From Hydrolagus affinis (lineage: Eukaryota), in assembly GCA_012026655.1 (NCBI GenBank), contig JAAILG010001454.1:1-64000 (forward strand): a stretch of 64,000 bases of DNA, written 5' to 3'. The position numbers and the translations under genes are program-made. Each line of letters starts with the position of its first letter. Positions within the stretch are counted from its first letter, which is position 1. Below, one piece after another: positions 1 to 13,200 of the stretch. A model generated the notes under the pieces. That model searched no databases, was not told where the DNA came from, and saw only the letters and a program-made list of their open reading frames with translations.

Positions 1-197
1 TTTCACCCCCGCCCAAACACTCCCCACCCAGCTCGGGTCACACTCCCCCTGTGCAGCGCCTTGGGACGTCCTCCCGACGTGAAAGGCGCTCTATAAATGT
101 AATTTGTTGTTGTTGTTGTTGTACATCGCCTTGGGACGTCCTCTTGACGTGAAAGGCGCTAAATAAATGTAAGTTTTGATTGATTGATTGATTGATT
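1..197 (+). mobile_element. L2-type LINE 3' end with (TTG)n tail, followed by a second partial tail with (GATT)n
   Basis: cgccttgggacgtcctcccgacgtgaaaggcgctctataaatgtaatt(tgt)n; near-identical to 33550-33672. Confidence 0.8.
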
Positions 198-397
198 ACA
201 GAAGCCCTTTTTTAAAAATGAAAATGATAGTTCCAATGAACTTGTCAAAATTTGGGTCATTCAAGACTGTGACCCTAGGTTATATAATTGACTGGGATAG
301 AAATGATCGCAGTTCAAATCTTCATCATGTCAGATCCAAGCATTGTATTTCTTCAAATGACAATATCTCAGAACTGTTTTGTTTGCTCCTCCTTTAG

Positions 398-481
398 CCA
401 CTGTTTGCATTCAAGTACAAGGAGAACTTTCCCACTGCTGGCTGGAAAGTTTATGATCCAATTGCTGAATATAAAAGACAG
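398..481 (+). CDS. MTMR1: MTMR1 coding exon ([28 protein letters not shown])
   Basis: ctcctttag acceptor, CAG|gtgagc donor, 84 nt, myotubularin PLFAF...GW.VY motif. Confidence 0.95.
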
Positions 482-745
482 GTGAGCAATTTGTGAAGCT
501 GCAGCGCGCAGTTGTGTTTTATGTAGTTTAACTGTGTTTCCATCTGAATAATACAAAATTTTAATTGAGATTCCTCATTTTCTTCCAACAATTATGTTAT
601 ACATGGAATAAATAATAAAATAGTTTCCCATAATTGTTTTATATGTTACGGATCTAATATCATTTTTTATTACTTTGTATATAACACAGAAGGAAAAAAT
701 TGTCTTTCTAAATTGCAGCTAAACACTGTGTTTGTTTCATTACAG

Positions 746-895
746 GGACTTCCTAATGAAAGCTGGACAATAACTAAAGCTAACAGCAACTTTGAGCTCT
801 GTGATACGTACCCTCCAATTCTGGTGGTGCCAGTTAATGTGAAGGATGATGATCTTTCAAAAGTAATAGCATTTAGGGCAAGAGGACGAATCCCC
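746..895 (+). CDS. MTMR1: MTMR1 coding exon (GLPNESW...FRARGRIP)
   Basis: ttacag acceptor, CCC|gtgagt donor, 150 nt, contains CDTYP motif. Confidence 0.96.
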
Positions 896-1220
896 GTGAG
901 TATATGCTGATGGATGCGTTTTATGACATGTGCCAAGTCTGGGAGAAATAATAATGTTATTTATACATGTACAGCATTCGCAGCAGCCCAAGAATAATAT
1001 AATTCACTCTCCAGCCCAATTATTTGTTGCTTTCCATGATAATCTTCTCTTGTCGATGGATATATCTTATTAGAAAGGAAAAGTAAGTAGGTTAGTGTGC
1101 CAATGTCTAAAGCAGTTTAGTTTTTTTTAAATTTTTGTTTGGTCTGATCATTTTATGCCAAATTACTTTGTGATCTGTATTGAATAGGGGGCTTCTAAAC
1201 TCTTTGAACGTCTTTCTCAG

Positions 1221-1409
1221 GTATTGTCATGGATTCATCCAGAAAGCCAAGCGACAATTACTAGATGTAGCCAGCCCATGGTTGGCGCGAACGATAAACG
1301 GTGCAAGGAGGACGAGAAGTACTTACAAGCAATAATGGATGCCAATGCCCAATCCCATAAACTAATCATCTTTGATGCCAGGCAAAGTGGCGTGGCCGAT
1401 ACCAATAAG
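1221..1409 (+). CDS. MTMR1: MTMR1 coding exon ([10 protein letters not shown]...VADTNK)
   Basis: tttctcag acceptor, AAG|gtactt donor, 189 nt, RCSQP and IFDAR motifs. Confidence 0.96.
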
Positions 1410-1855
1410 GTACTTACTGACCGTTGCTGAGCTACAGTTAGAATAATTAACTTCAGTGGCTTTAAACGGCTTCCTTATTTAAAGATGTGTATGATGTGAG
1501 CTTGTAATTATACCACTGCACCACATTTGGATTCCAGTGTTGTTTTTTTGCAAACTGTATCCATCATCCTGAACAATAACTGATGTACAGTTTCCCAGCT
1601 TTATAATATTTATGTCAGGCATCATAAATGTTCAGGCATCATAAATTATTTGTGTATTTAAGATTGAATGCTAAAATATAATTTAATTTTGCATCATAAC
1701 CAAGAAAGTTAATGGAATGATTTCTGACATGTAGTTAATCATCACGAGCAATATAAATATTAAATATGCGCGGGAGGAATAATATAGTCTTTCTGCAAAT
1801 AACACTGACTTGGTGATGTTTCCCCCCCGATCATTATTTGTGAATTTGTTTTTAG

Positions 1856-2041
1856 GCAAAAGGTGGAGGTTATGAAAGTGAAGCTGCCTATTCCAATGCT
1901 GAACTTGTTTTTTTGGAAATCCATAATATCCACGTCATGAGAGAGTCGTTGAGGAAACTGAAGGATTTTGTTTATCCGGTTATAGATGAATCAAAATGGC
2001 TATCGAATATAGACACAACACATTGGTTGGAATATATACGG
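1856..2041 (+). CDS. MTMR1: MTMR1 coding exon (AKGGGYESE...THWLEYIR)
   Basis: tttttag acceptor, CGG|gtaaga donor, 186 nt, GGGYE and [11 protein letters not shown] motifs; not in the ORF track. Confidence 0.96.
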
Positions 2042-2789
2042 GTAAGACAACTTGTGTTCATTTATTTAAAATAACAACTTTGCAACCCTTTGCCTTCATT
2101 CTGATATTTATGTAAGAAAATAAGTTATGTAAAGGAATTACCAGAACAAATGTCAAAATGCAAATTAAAGTAACCCAATGACATATACAAATTAAATTAG
2201 GAAGCGATATCCATTTGGAATGTTTATAGCTGGTGTAGGGAAAATATATGCCACATTTAAGAAGTGTTGATTTGCAAATGTTAGTTAAGGTTGCAGTTTA
2301 ATGTAGGCTGGCTGGGTAATAAGAAAATCATGTTTTTTTAACCATGCTGAGTTTTTTTTTGTTGTTGGGAAGAACTTATTGCATCCAAAAGATAATGTGT
2401 GTAAAATGAAAGATATCTCGAAGTAGATTATAAGTATCTAGTTCTGTTGAGATTTTCAGAAATTCCACCAAGCTCTTGACTGTTGCTTGATCAATTTCTG
2501 CAGGTTGTCTGAACCCTGAGAATGAATTGCAGAGTTTGTTAGGCATTTCTGTGCCAAACAGTTTTATTACTGCAATTTTCCTGTCATTTTCTTTGGGGTG
2601 CATTCGGCTGAGAGTTCTGAGATTGAAGCATCAAAATCTTCCAGATCCTTGGGTATTGCATCTGATTGATTCTTGAAAATCACATGCTTTTGATTCAGCT
2701 GCTAATCTTTTTGTCATCGATTCTCTTAGCCAAGTTAATAAATAAAACCCTATAACAAGTGTATTATCTGGCTATCACCTGTGTTACAG

Positions 2790-2996
2790 ATACTTCTAGC
2801 AGGTGCAGTACGTATAGCGGACAAAATAGAATCTGGAAAGACATCAGTCGTGGTGCACTGCAGTGACGGCTGGGATCGCACTGCACAACTTACATCGCTG
2901 GCGATGCTTATCCTCGACAGCTATTACCGAACCATCAAGGGGTTTGAAGTGCTTATTGAAAAGGAGTGGCTAAGCTTCGGACACAGATTTACAGTT
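2790..2996 (+). CDS. MTMR1: MTMR1 coding exon with catalytic P-loop [10 protein letters not shown]
   Basis: ttacag acceptor, GTT|gtgagt donor, 207 nt; intact CX5R motif (HCSDGWDR at 2856-2879) marks an active myotubularin phosphatase. Confidence 0.97.
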
Positions 2997-3119
2997 GTGA
3001 GTATTTCATTACCTCATGTAAGTCTCGAAGATTAAATGTGACATTATTATTTCATAATTGCATGATTAATAACAAAAAATCAGTAGCATGTTCTACAAAT
3101 CTTATAAATATCTTCCCAG

Positions 3120-3212
3120 AGAATTGGTCACGGTGATGATAACCATGCCGATGCTGACAGATCACCTATCTTCCTTCAGTTCATCGACTGTGTGTGGCAA
3201 ATGACTAAACAG
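3120..3212 (+). CDS. MTMR1: MTMR1 coding exon ([31 protein letters not shown])
   Basis: ttcccag acceptor, CAG|gtagga donor, 93 nt, SPIFLQF.DCVWQ motif. Confidence 0.96.
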
Positions 3213-3464
3213 GTAGGAATATATCGCAGGAATTCAAGTTAGGACAATTTAAAAAGTCTTCAGCATATTTTATCTGGCTGTTTTTTTGAGCAGTACAAAT
3301 GCTGTATTTGAGAGCAATGTAAAAAAAATGTTTTGAGGAGCAATACTTTTAGTTTTATTGCAACATTTATTAATTATGACATTGTAGCAGAGTAACCTTA
3401 TAAAGGTGAAGATGTGCAGCATAAATATCTACACAGCGCTTGTATGCCTCAGGTTATAAATCAA

Positions 3465-3583
3465 AATAATAATCATTTTGTTTGATACAGCGCTTTTCAC
3501 GTCTTCTAGATGTCTCAAAGCGCTTCACAGATTATACTGTAAGTGAATTGCGGGCGAAACGCGGCAGCCTATTGCGCACAGCA
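3465..3583 (-). mobile_element. Young SINE, 3' fragment
   Basis: Matches the family tail gcgcttttcacgtcttctaga..tctcaaagcgcttcacaga. Confidence 0.85.
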
Positions 3584-3728
3584 CAGCTTGTGAAGAATTA
3601 AGGGCAGGAATTTGCAATGTTAAGAGTCCTTATACGCTTTATCACCACTCTGTGCTATTATTATTTCTTAGGTATTCATTACTGAATGTGCTTACATCTT
3701 GTACTTTTTCAATTATTTTTACTCCTAG

Positions 3729-3842
3729 TTTCCAGCAGCCTTTGAGTTTAATGAGCTGTTTCTGATGACTATTCTGGATCATCTGTATAGCTGCCTATTT
3801 GGGACATTCCTTTATAACTGTGAAAAACAAAGGCTGGATGAG
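3729..3842 (+). CDS. MTMR1: MTMR1 coding exon (FPAAFEFNE...CEKQRLDE)
   Basis: ctcctag acceptor, GAG|gtaaat donor, 114 nt, FEFNE and SCLFGTFL motifs. Confidence 0.96.
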
Positions 3843-4192
3843 GTAAATGAAGCATTTTAACTCGGAGGCGTGCTAACATTTGTAAGCATCTTAGCGTTAT
3901 TAAATTTAAATCAAATTCTTCCAGTTAATCTCTGGTAATAACAGCATAACCGATATCATGTATAAGCACAATTGTATTGTGTTCACACAACTCCTGGTAA
4001 AATATGAGGTGTAAATTTCACAATCCAGTATTCTGCCATCCATCATCTGTTATTTCATACGTGAAAGTCATCAGTGAGGATTTTCAGATGCAAAGTATTG
4101 ACCTGTAGATATTAGAATTGCTATTTGTACTTGTAGGCAGAGAGTGAAGCATTTGACCAGTTGTAATATTGTTCCTATTATTATCGCCTTAG

Positions 4193-4369
4193 GAGGTGCA
4201 GAAGAAAACCAACTCTCTCTGGTCTTACGTAAACAGCCAGATGGAGGAGTTTACCAACCCATTTTACGTGAATTATGAAAATCATGTGCTTTACCCTGTA
4301 GCCAGCTTACGGCACTTGGAACTGTGGGTTAGTTATTATGTGAGATGGAACCCAAGGATGAAACCTCAG
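4193..4369 (+). CDS. MTMR1: MTMR1 coding exon ([12 protein letters not shown]...RWNPRMKPQ)
   Basis: gccttag acceptor, CAG|gtaaga donor, 177 nt. Confidence 0.96.
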
Positions 4370-7032
4370 GTAAGAACAAAGTAAGGTTTTGAATAACAAT
4401 AAAAAAAATTAAAAATCCATTCCTAGCCATTGTTTGTCATGTCTGTTGAAGAAGGAACATTACAGTTGTGTGAAATCAAATGTTTGAATGCTAAGGACAT
4501 CAAATAATTAACTGCTTTCGGTCATCCGTTCCCCCCCCACCCTGCTTTAGACCTGGTTTGAAAGCCGTTCATTCTGTGAACACATGACAATCCAGGAGGA
4601 GGATAGCAGATAGGCCAATCCACAGTATTGGAGGGTTGGCCTTCTTTACACTAGATCTGATGTACATTTTCTCTGACTGTTGCAATATATTTCCAGATTA
4701 AACAACATAGCTTGCCATTGAGAGCAGTCTGGCTAGTTTTCCAGCGCTTGTTAAGCTAGGATCACTCTACCTGTTAGGTTTTCACTTGCTGAGTTAACAG
4801 GACCTGTGTCGAAAGAATCTCTGTTGTCTCTTAAAGAATGAAGACAATTAAATCAGTTTCTTTATATAATGGTTTAATATGCAGTTTTAGTGTGTGTGGC
4901 AACAACACAGTGATGCTGAGAGCCATAATATGAAATTCTGCTTGACATGTTGTCTGGAGCAAGTTAATTTAAAGAGATGCTGAATGTTGATTATGCTGCA
5001 AAGCTTATATTTATAAGATTTTTATACCATCTTTTTTCTAGTCATTCAAATACATGGTATGTGTGAGACAACTCTTGGTAACAATTCGGGTTTATGTAGG
5101 TGGAACCCTCCCTTAACATAAATAAAAAGTTATCAGTCAGTGTAAATAGTATTTTTGTGCATGCCTCCCTCAGCAATTGAAGTATGATGTTTGTTTTCAA
5201 GTACAAGAAGCATTGATTCATTCCACGTTTTTGCTGTAGGTGTTATAATTTTCTAATACTTCAGCTGTGGGTATAAATAAATAAAAATAATGCTAATCAA
5301 TAAATAAAAATTCTGTTTATCTGCATTTTTCCTCCTCAAAGTATTTTAATGAACCTCCTTTGAATCTAAAATTGGTACAACTATTAAAGTACCTCTGGAG
5401 CCAGCATCGCAGGGTGCAGCAGAGCCAGTGTGCTTGTGAAAAGCTAATTACCAAGACATCCAGACTCGATTAATTTAATCTCTGTTTTTTTCCATAGTTG
5501 CATGCCACAAAACACTTCTGCTGCAAATAGGGAATCAAACTATAGTGGATGCTTTGTCTGGTATTGATAGGGTTTGGAGCCTAATCCTACAAAAAAAAAG
5601 TCATTGTTTTTTTTTGCCTAGCAATAAGACACTGAAAAGAAAATGTGAAGAGGTCAAATGGCAATTGTTTTCTTTGTACTTATGAATAGACTGAATTCTA
5701 ATGTATTGGGTGTAATTTTATATTTTTAAAAAATCAATCTTTCTAGTATTGTACTTCTTCACTATGGTTCTTAAAGAAAATTCCAGTGCTGTTAGAAATG
5801 ACTATTTTTAGTTTAGTTAAGGCCATATGTAGGTTTTTATGAATGAGCATTTGATTCTATTAAGTACATGGAAATACACTGTACATGTTTTTTGTGTCTG
5901 AGTAATTTGAATGCTGGTTTGTGAATCGTTCAGTGCTTTGTGCGTGTGCACTGGAAGCAGGCAATTCAAACACACTTGGGGTGCGTTTTAACAGCTGCAC
6001 AGCCTCAGCCCAGAGAGTCAGAATCTTCAGTGCATTTCATTTACAGAATGCCTCAAAACGGTAGCATTTTATCGATGTATAGTAATGAAGAAAAGTAGTC
6101 CACAAGCACCACAGCAAATTTAGCTGTAGTGCCACAGACCTGATGCTCATAGAATCAATCTCCCATACAGTAAGCTCACAATTACCACCCGATCCATCCA
6201 GTGTGCTGCAAATAGGAGGGTAAATTGGAGAGTTGACTTGTGATGCCCTTGTATGCCCTAATAATTTCACTAGTACACAGGGAATCTAGTGTTGTGCTGC
6301 TGTTCAACCCCCACCTGTGTAGATCTATGTGAAAAACGGGTCACAGCAACTGAGTGGTGCTTGAGATCTCAAGCACTGAGTTTCGATTGATTTCGAATAC
6401 AGTGATACACTTTAGAGGATGTTGAGAGTTTATTACAGAAGTATAGGCATTTGCAAATCATCGGGCTATTCAAACAACTCCAACATCCTTTCTCACACAT
6501 TTTAAATATTATAAATTTAAAAACTTGTACATTTTCAATGAACCATGCTGACTATCTTAAAGGAAAATACTGATTCCCCTCACTGAAGCAGCATGAATGT
6601 ATCTTACACGTAATTAAAATTCTGCTGATTTGTACTTATTAATATGCTTAGCCAAATGGATTGAATGAATTATTTCTGAATTTAGTCCTTTGGTAATTCA
6701 ACTCAATAAGTTGTGGCGATCTATCAGTTTGGTTGTGGATATAATGAGCACCTTTGGCTTGATGAAAGTACAGTAAATAATTGGAGTCGTGAGAGTGGTG
6801 TTGGTATGATCTTGACTCTTAAATACATTCTACTCTGCAATTCCAATCTGTGGCTATACAGTTTAAGTGAGGAACTGATTTTCATTTCCATGAACCTTTG
6901 GTGAAGGCACAAGCGACAAGTCAGCCTATAGAGTGGAGGCACATTCAATGAACTCTCCCTTTATGCTCTTAAACCAGCTCTATTTGATCACATTTCAAAG
7001 CTTTGAGAAATGAATTTGCAAAATGTGGAATA

Positions 7033-7237
7033 CAGTAAAAGCCCGTTTATCTGGCACCCGATCAACCGTAACTTCCGTATAACTGGCATCGCAAAAAAAA
7101 TCCGCATTCGATTAACCAGAATTTATTCGGAAAAATGCATTGAAAATTTTGTTTTTATTTTTGGCGTTTTCGGCCGAATATCTGGCAGGCGTTTTAACCG
7201 ACATTGGCAAGGGTGCTGGATAAACAGGCTTTTACTG
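7033..7237. mobile_element. Non-autonomous DNA transposon (MITE), Tc1/mariner-pogo/Tigger-like, copy 1
   Basis: TIRs cagtaaaagcccgtttatctggcaccc ... gggtgctggataaacaggcttttactg, TA on both flanks; second copy at 28685. Confidence 0.9.
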
Positions 7238-7488
7238 TATATTTTTCTCAGGCACTTTGGTGTTAGACCGTTGCAATTAAAGATTTGAAATTTTCCATTT
7301 TTTCTTCGAATGACAATCACAGTGAACCTTTTATACCCCTGCCGAATAAGTGAACCTTATTGATAAACAAGTAAGAATAATGTTTAAATGATGGGTCAAT
7401 TTTATTTATCAAGGACCCAAACTGTGGTGAGGTATTTATGATAGTGCATTAGATGTACTCTCAAAACAATTGTTTTTTTCCAAAATAG

Positions 7489-7653
7489 GTGCCAATTCAT
7501 CAAAATTGCAAGGACTTGCTTAGCATCCGGATTGAGCTTCAGAAGAAAGTGGAGGAGCTACAGCGTGAGATCAGTAACGTGGCATTTTCATCTTCCTCTG
7601 AAAGTGCATCCTCACCTGCCCATTCAGTGGCTCCTGTACAAACTACTGTATGA
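7489..7653 (+). CDS. MTMR1: MTMR1 terminal coding exon (coiled coil, Ser-rich tail, PDZ-binding QTTV, stop TGA)
   Basis: ttccaaaatag acceptor; [54 protein letters not shown]; TGA at 7651-7653; not in the ORF track. Confidence 0.95.
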   Translation: MPIHQNCKDLLSIRIELQKKVEELQREISNVAFSSSSESASSPAHSVAPVQTTV

Positions 7654-10207
7654 ATCTCCCCCTTCCGTGGTCTGTTGATACCATTTCACCACAGGTACAA
7701 CCGCCAAGACTGTCATACGAACTTGAGAGCTGTAAATATGTTTACCTTTTGATAATTTTTGTGCAATACTTCTCTGTACTTTTGGTTTTAGCGGAACGCT
7801 GCTTGTGGATTCTCATCTGTTTTTGTCGTCACTATCCGATGTGGAAATCCACAGTGCAGTACAAATACGAGATTGAGGAGAACGTTACAAATTTGCACAG
7901 TGTGTGACATTGACACTCCATGAATTGGCTGATAGGATGCACATATCTCTGATAGAAAAGCCTGGCACAGGAGGGGGGAACAGATCCAGTGTGCTTTGGA
8001 CTGGACCAGATGGTGGCTCTGCTTTGCACGTCAGCCATGAACTGCTGAATTTCTTCCACATACATGACATACATCTAAATGTTGAATTGTAGGGTAGGTC
8101 AATGTCATCAGTCAGGCATCTACCACATCACCAGTAAATTGTTTTTTTTTAAAAAAAGGAAAATCTTTAATATTAATAATATTTTAACTTCTGTCCTTAT
8201 GGTGAATCCTGTTTTTTTTCATGGGCTTTATTTACATGGCTGTACTTGTTCCATGCAAATTTATTACTCCATTAATCCCACCATTGCAAAATGAGTTTTA
8301 GATGTTTTACGGAAGCTTCTAAAAGAAGAGTTATTTTTAATGCTTGGGTGGATGTGAGTTCATATGTGTAAGAGATATTTAGCTGTCAAAATTTGAAGAA
8401 GATGAATCCCAGACACATGAACTGCAGTGTAAAACTAACATGTTGCTGGGAGAATTTGATTTGTCGTAAGTAGAAAACAGTTTTTTTTTTAAAAAATCGT
8501 GTCTTCCAAGTCTGGTTGTATTATTCTTGTTCAGTGGAGTTTTCACTTCTGGGCTTTTTACACTGTATAACTCTTTGAGTACTGAGGAAGGATTTAAATG
8601 TCAAAACAAACAAAAAAAAGCCAACTTATTCAATTTGTAGAATTGTTCTAAATTGTTGCAACACCAGAAGAGTATTGTTATGGACCCTTTACCCTTTTGT
8701 GTAATAATCAGGGTTTTGAATTTGGAAAAACTATGTTTGGAGACATCATAGAACACAAAAAACATGCTTCATGGAACTAGGGAGGGCCTTTCAGTTCTTT
8801 AGAGGATGAACAAGGATCCTTAGCACCAACCCTTTGCAAAACTAGTTCAGAATTTCTGTGAAAGGTTTATTGACCACTATTTTGTTTGAATAATGAATTT
8901 TGAATAATGAATGTTTTTTTAAAAAAAAACTATTGCTGTGTAGATTTGACCAATTATTTTACAATTTACAGATATAAAGTGTAACACATTATTTTTCTAA
9001 ACGTCTTACATGTGTATATTTAGAAAGTCTTTCAGTACTCAAAGAGTTAACCTTTGACCAGAGGCCAAATACTGTAGTCATTGTTGATTAACCAGGTACC
9101 CAAAGCTTGCCCATCCCTTTCTGATGAAATGATTTGAGAATATTAGTAAGCACACGCTAAAAGGGCCAACTGTTCAATTTATCAATACAGCGATAGTCAC
9201 GTCTATGGACTTATCCACTTTGTATTTAGAAGTGTCTGAACTTATGGTTTGAATGGTCCAAAGCCAAGTGTCAATCCGTACTTCTGGTTTCCAGTGCTGC
9301 AAGTTTCCTTCGCTCCAAATGTGAGCTAAACAAATATCAACCATTCAAAGTCAATGATTTGACTTCACCACAAGCTGAAATCCTGAAGCTTAACCAACCT
9401 TGTATTGATATTCTGTTAAAATTGTTACTGGACTGGTTCAGGCTGCAGTGACTAAGGCTTATCCTGTAAGCAATTCTGAGCTTGTAAAGTGTTTTCACCC
9501 TTCTCTCCTGCTTTTCAGCCCACTTTTAGTGTCAAAAGAAACTAGTGAACTCACTGCCAGTGTTATTGCAAACGGTTAATGGTTGTATGGTACATACAAA
9601 AAACACTTTAATATATTACAGGTTATGTAACAAACCAGGGATGCATTTTTGAAGTCCAAATATTTAAAATTGCGCTTATGTTGAACTTTTGGGTGCTTGT
9701 GGTGTAACCTCACAGCAACGCATTTGAAGTATGCATTCTATTTTAAATGATTTATATTCCACAAATTCCTTCACCAAAACACAAGTTACTTGTTCTCAAC
9801 AAATAGTTGCATAAATTACATTCTCAACAAATGCAAAGTTGTTGAGCCAAATATCTTTTTCTATAAAATAGAAAACAAAATGATACGAAAAATGAGACTT
9901 CCCCTTTATATACAAGTGTCATATTTATTGAATGCTTGGGTACATTCTACTGTTAAATATTTGAGGTACAAAGTCAAAGATTGTGATAATTTTAGTAAAT
10001 AATATGGGGGAGAGAAAGTCATATTACATCTGGGGTTGTAGAAGACTTTCTGTGTTCAGTATTTCACACCATCCAAAATCTAATCATGCTGTTATGTGAC
10101 TGTTATTTGTTATGTGACTTTGACCTCTGAAAGGATGGGTATAATATAGGTTTTCTTTTGGGGGCTTTTGTCTGTACTGCTGTTGCATTAGCCTGTGACA
10201 AAGATTC

Positions 10208-10213
10208 AATAAA
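10208..10213 (+). terminator. Candidate polyadenylation signal for MTMR1 (3' UTR about 2.6 kb)
   Basis: AATAAA followed by CA-containing sequence and a downstream T/GT-rich tract (tttttttcttgtgtt at about 10261); 7654-10230 lacks the young SINE. No transcript data. Confidence 0.55.
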
Positions 10214-13200
10214 CAGTCAAAACATGTCTATTCACAGATTTCAATTTTTAAATTTACAATTTTTTTTCTTGTGTTCAGGTAGTTGAGTGAGCTAGACATT
10301 TATCAGACAATCATGTGACATTTTATTCTCACATTCTTTCACACAAGGTACTTCATCAAGCTGTGCTTTATGAGTTATTTTGTTGTGCGCATTCCACATG
10401 AGACTTTGATAGTTTCGTGAGTAATTTGTACTTCTGGTGACATTTGCCATTTGTTTTCTAGTCCAAGACAAATTTGACTGTCCTAGTATTATCAACTCAT
10501 CCAATCATGACCAAAACTGATGAAAATGACTTGTATTTTAGATAGATCCCAGTAGATGATTGAGATGTGAATTTCAGGAGTTTGGGTTTCCTGTTGACCT
10601 TGCTTGCACCAGTCCCCTTAACCACTAAAACTGTTCTCTTCTATTCATTCCCTTAACATCTGTTCAATACTACATGTACTGTATACCTTACCTTATGTTT
10701 CTTCGGGTTCAAACTAGAATAGTGAGAAAAATTCACCGAGACTATTCAGAAGATAATTTAAAACAAAATTAAATAACATTTAACTGGGGGTAATATATCA
10801 GAAAACGTAGCCCAAATAATTGGGCAGTCAAGTTACATGGCTGAGAATATAATCTGTAAAAGTTTTTTGACCGTTTGAATACTGATTTTTGTTTTGCAGT
10901 TTCCCAAATAATTAATATTCAGTAAGATTTTAATAACTTTCCCAAATACCATTTCTATTTTTGACATACAAAATGCCCACTAGACTTTGGTGGGTTAATA
11001 GTTACAATATTTTATTTATCTTGTTAATACTTGATTGGTTCCCCATCCCTTTGGTGAATTATTAATTTATCCTTTATAACAGCTGCAGTATGTGTGTGTG
11101 CGTATATCTTCGGGTCTCTTTCCTGTGCAGAGTGAGTGCTTGGGCAGCATGTTACACAACAGCCTTAAAAAGTCTTCAAATAACATTAAAGAATTATATT
11201 AAACCCTCAAGGTGCAAGTAGAAAAGCTGTAAAATTATTTTACCTTCTCTTTAATTCTGATTTCTCAACCATTTCCCACACGTGAAGAATTGCACTGTAC
11301 ATTTGCAGTAATTTACCAGAAACAACTACTCTTTTTGCAATTTTATAAGGTCTTAGGACGCTGTACTACTCCATGGGCAGATTTGTGTAAATAAACAGAA
11401 CAAATCCCTTCACGCACACTGGCCTCTTGCTGTTGGTGGGATGGACGGGGACGGACGGACACAGACACTTGATACACCGTACTGAGACATTACTTGCAGT
11501 TTCCCCTCGCACATCTATTGATTGTATATTTATAGCCATTTCCATTGTCCCACTGGACATAATGAGGAGGAAGAAGGGAGAAATATCACAGTAATTAAAC
11601 AGGTATGAGTGAATATTTTCTTTAAAATGCCCTCTCTACTGAGATTAGGTTGCCTTCAAAACTTTTGTTCTCTGGTTGTGATATTTATTTATTTATCTTA
11701 TCTATCAAGAAGCTGAACTGTTGACTTATCAGAAATTGCTTGTAATGTGGTGTATGGACGCCACTGCTCTTTCAAATACAATCTGTTTTGGCACCTGCGA
11801 CATAACACTTTATATTATATAAAGAGAATGCTCATTAAAACTGAGAATTCTTTGTGAGTGTTCACCCACAGCATTCCCTGTGAGCTGGCAGTTTCTCCCT
11901 GCTCTGTGGCCATATTGTGATGTTCACTTATTAAGCGCGCTTTGTGTGGGTTGCCAACAAAGCACAAGATCTGGCTCACAGGGTGTCTGCCACCTGACAG
12001 CCGTAGCATTGGAGCAATAAAGTTAAAAGATCAAACTAATTTAACCTAATTAATAAGTGACTCTAAATTTATAGGACGTTACTGATTATGTATTACATCT
12101 TATTACTATTATTGCTGTGGTACTTGGTCATGAATTGTACTTCATTGCTACAGATAGAGAGGTATGTATTATTCATGCGCTGTTGTAGATAGTTGCTAAA
12201 AGGAAAATACTGTGTAGTGCTAGTGCCGTTTGTGATAAGTCACTGTTTTTTTAAATGCTTTTTGAAAGGCTCAGACTTGTATCCATCTACAACTCCCTAA
12301 ACGTAGTTTAAAGAAAATAGTAAATTATTTTTAAAGACATGAAATGTGTTGTGTGCGTGCCTGCAGTGGTTCCTACTGAGCTGGGCCATAAGATTTCTTC
12401 CGCTCTTCGATTCTTTTGTTCTTGTTCTGGCACGGCATCCTTCTGTGTAGAAAATGCCTGTGTTTCTATGATACCCAGCTTTGTGATGTGGGCATGGAAT
12501 GGAGTGGGCAGCATGGGGTGGTGGCAGTCACCAGCTGGCATCTTGCAAACATTAGCTCAAAGGGCTTTAATCAGGAAGAAGGAGGAGGGAGGGCTGCAGT
12601 TTAACTCTACAATATTTGAATTGTTTGAGATAGCCTGGAGCGTTTAAAGAATTTGTGCTGACAAGACTGACGCTGGCTCCTAACTGTTATGGAGCCACAA
12701 GCAGCAAGCATCTTGGTATATTGTATTGAGTGCAATCTCTAGCCCAAAACACACACCGCTCCTTTACCCAAACGTGCAATCTGCAATATCTAACAACAAA
12801 TGCTGTATTTGGAAAGCAGAATCATTTTAGTTTTTAGCTGTAAAACTACATGACCCAATTAACGAGAGGCTGTGGCTATATGAATTTATATGAGGAACGA
12901 CCCCATGTTTCTTAAAAATAAAATTATAGTATGACCAATTTTCAGTTATTTTGAAATTATAAGGTTTGGTTTTGTGGGTAAGTTTTGTAAAAGAAATTAT
13001 AGTATCACCATAATTTTAAGATTCAAGTAGTGTATCATTATTTTGCTTAAAGTTTAATGGTTTATGTCCTTTAGGACATGAAAATACGTTAGGTTATTAA
13101 GGCAAGTAGAAAGTACCGAACCACAGGAAACCTAAACTCTGAACGTTTTTTTTTGTGTGGTGTAAAACACTGAATGATTAAAATGCTGCAAGGAAGCTGC

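Larger units (their letters stand above)
398..7653 (+). other. MTMR1: MTMR1 gene, 3' part (9 coding exons; 5' exons lie upstream of the window)
   Basis: Nine GT-AG exons, all phase 0, splice into one frame closely matching vertebrate myotubularin-related protein 1 as recalled (e.g. [44 protein letters not shown]); tail-to-tail with CD99L2 as in human Xq28. Confidence 0.96.

Noticed and set aside
2790-2996. Assignment as MTM1, MTMR2 or an inactive MTMR
   Set aside because: The CX5R motif is intact, and residues recalled as MTMR1-specific ([25 protein letters not shown]) plus adjacency to CD99L2 favour MTMR1.
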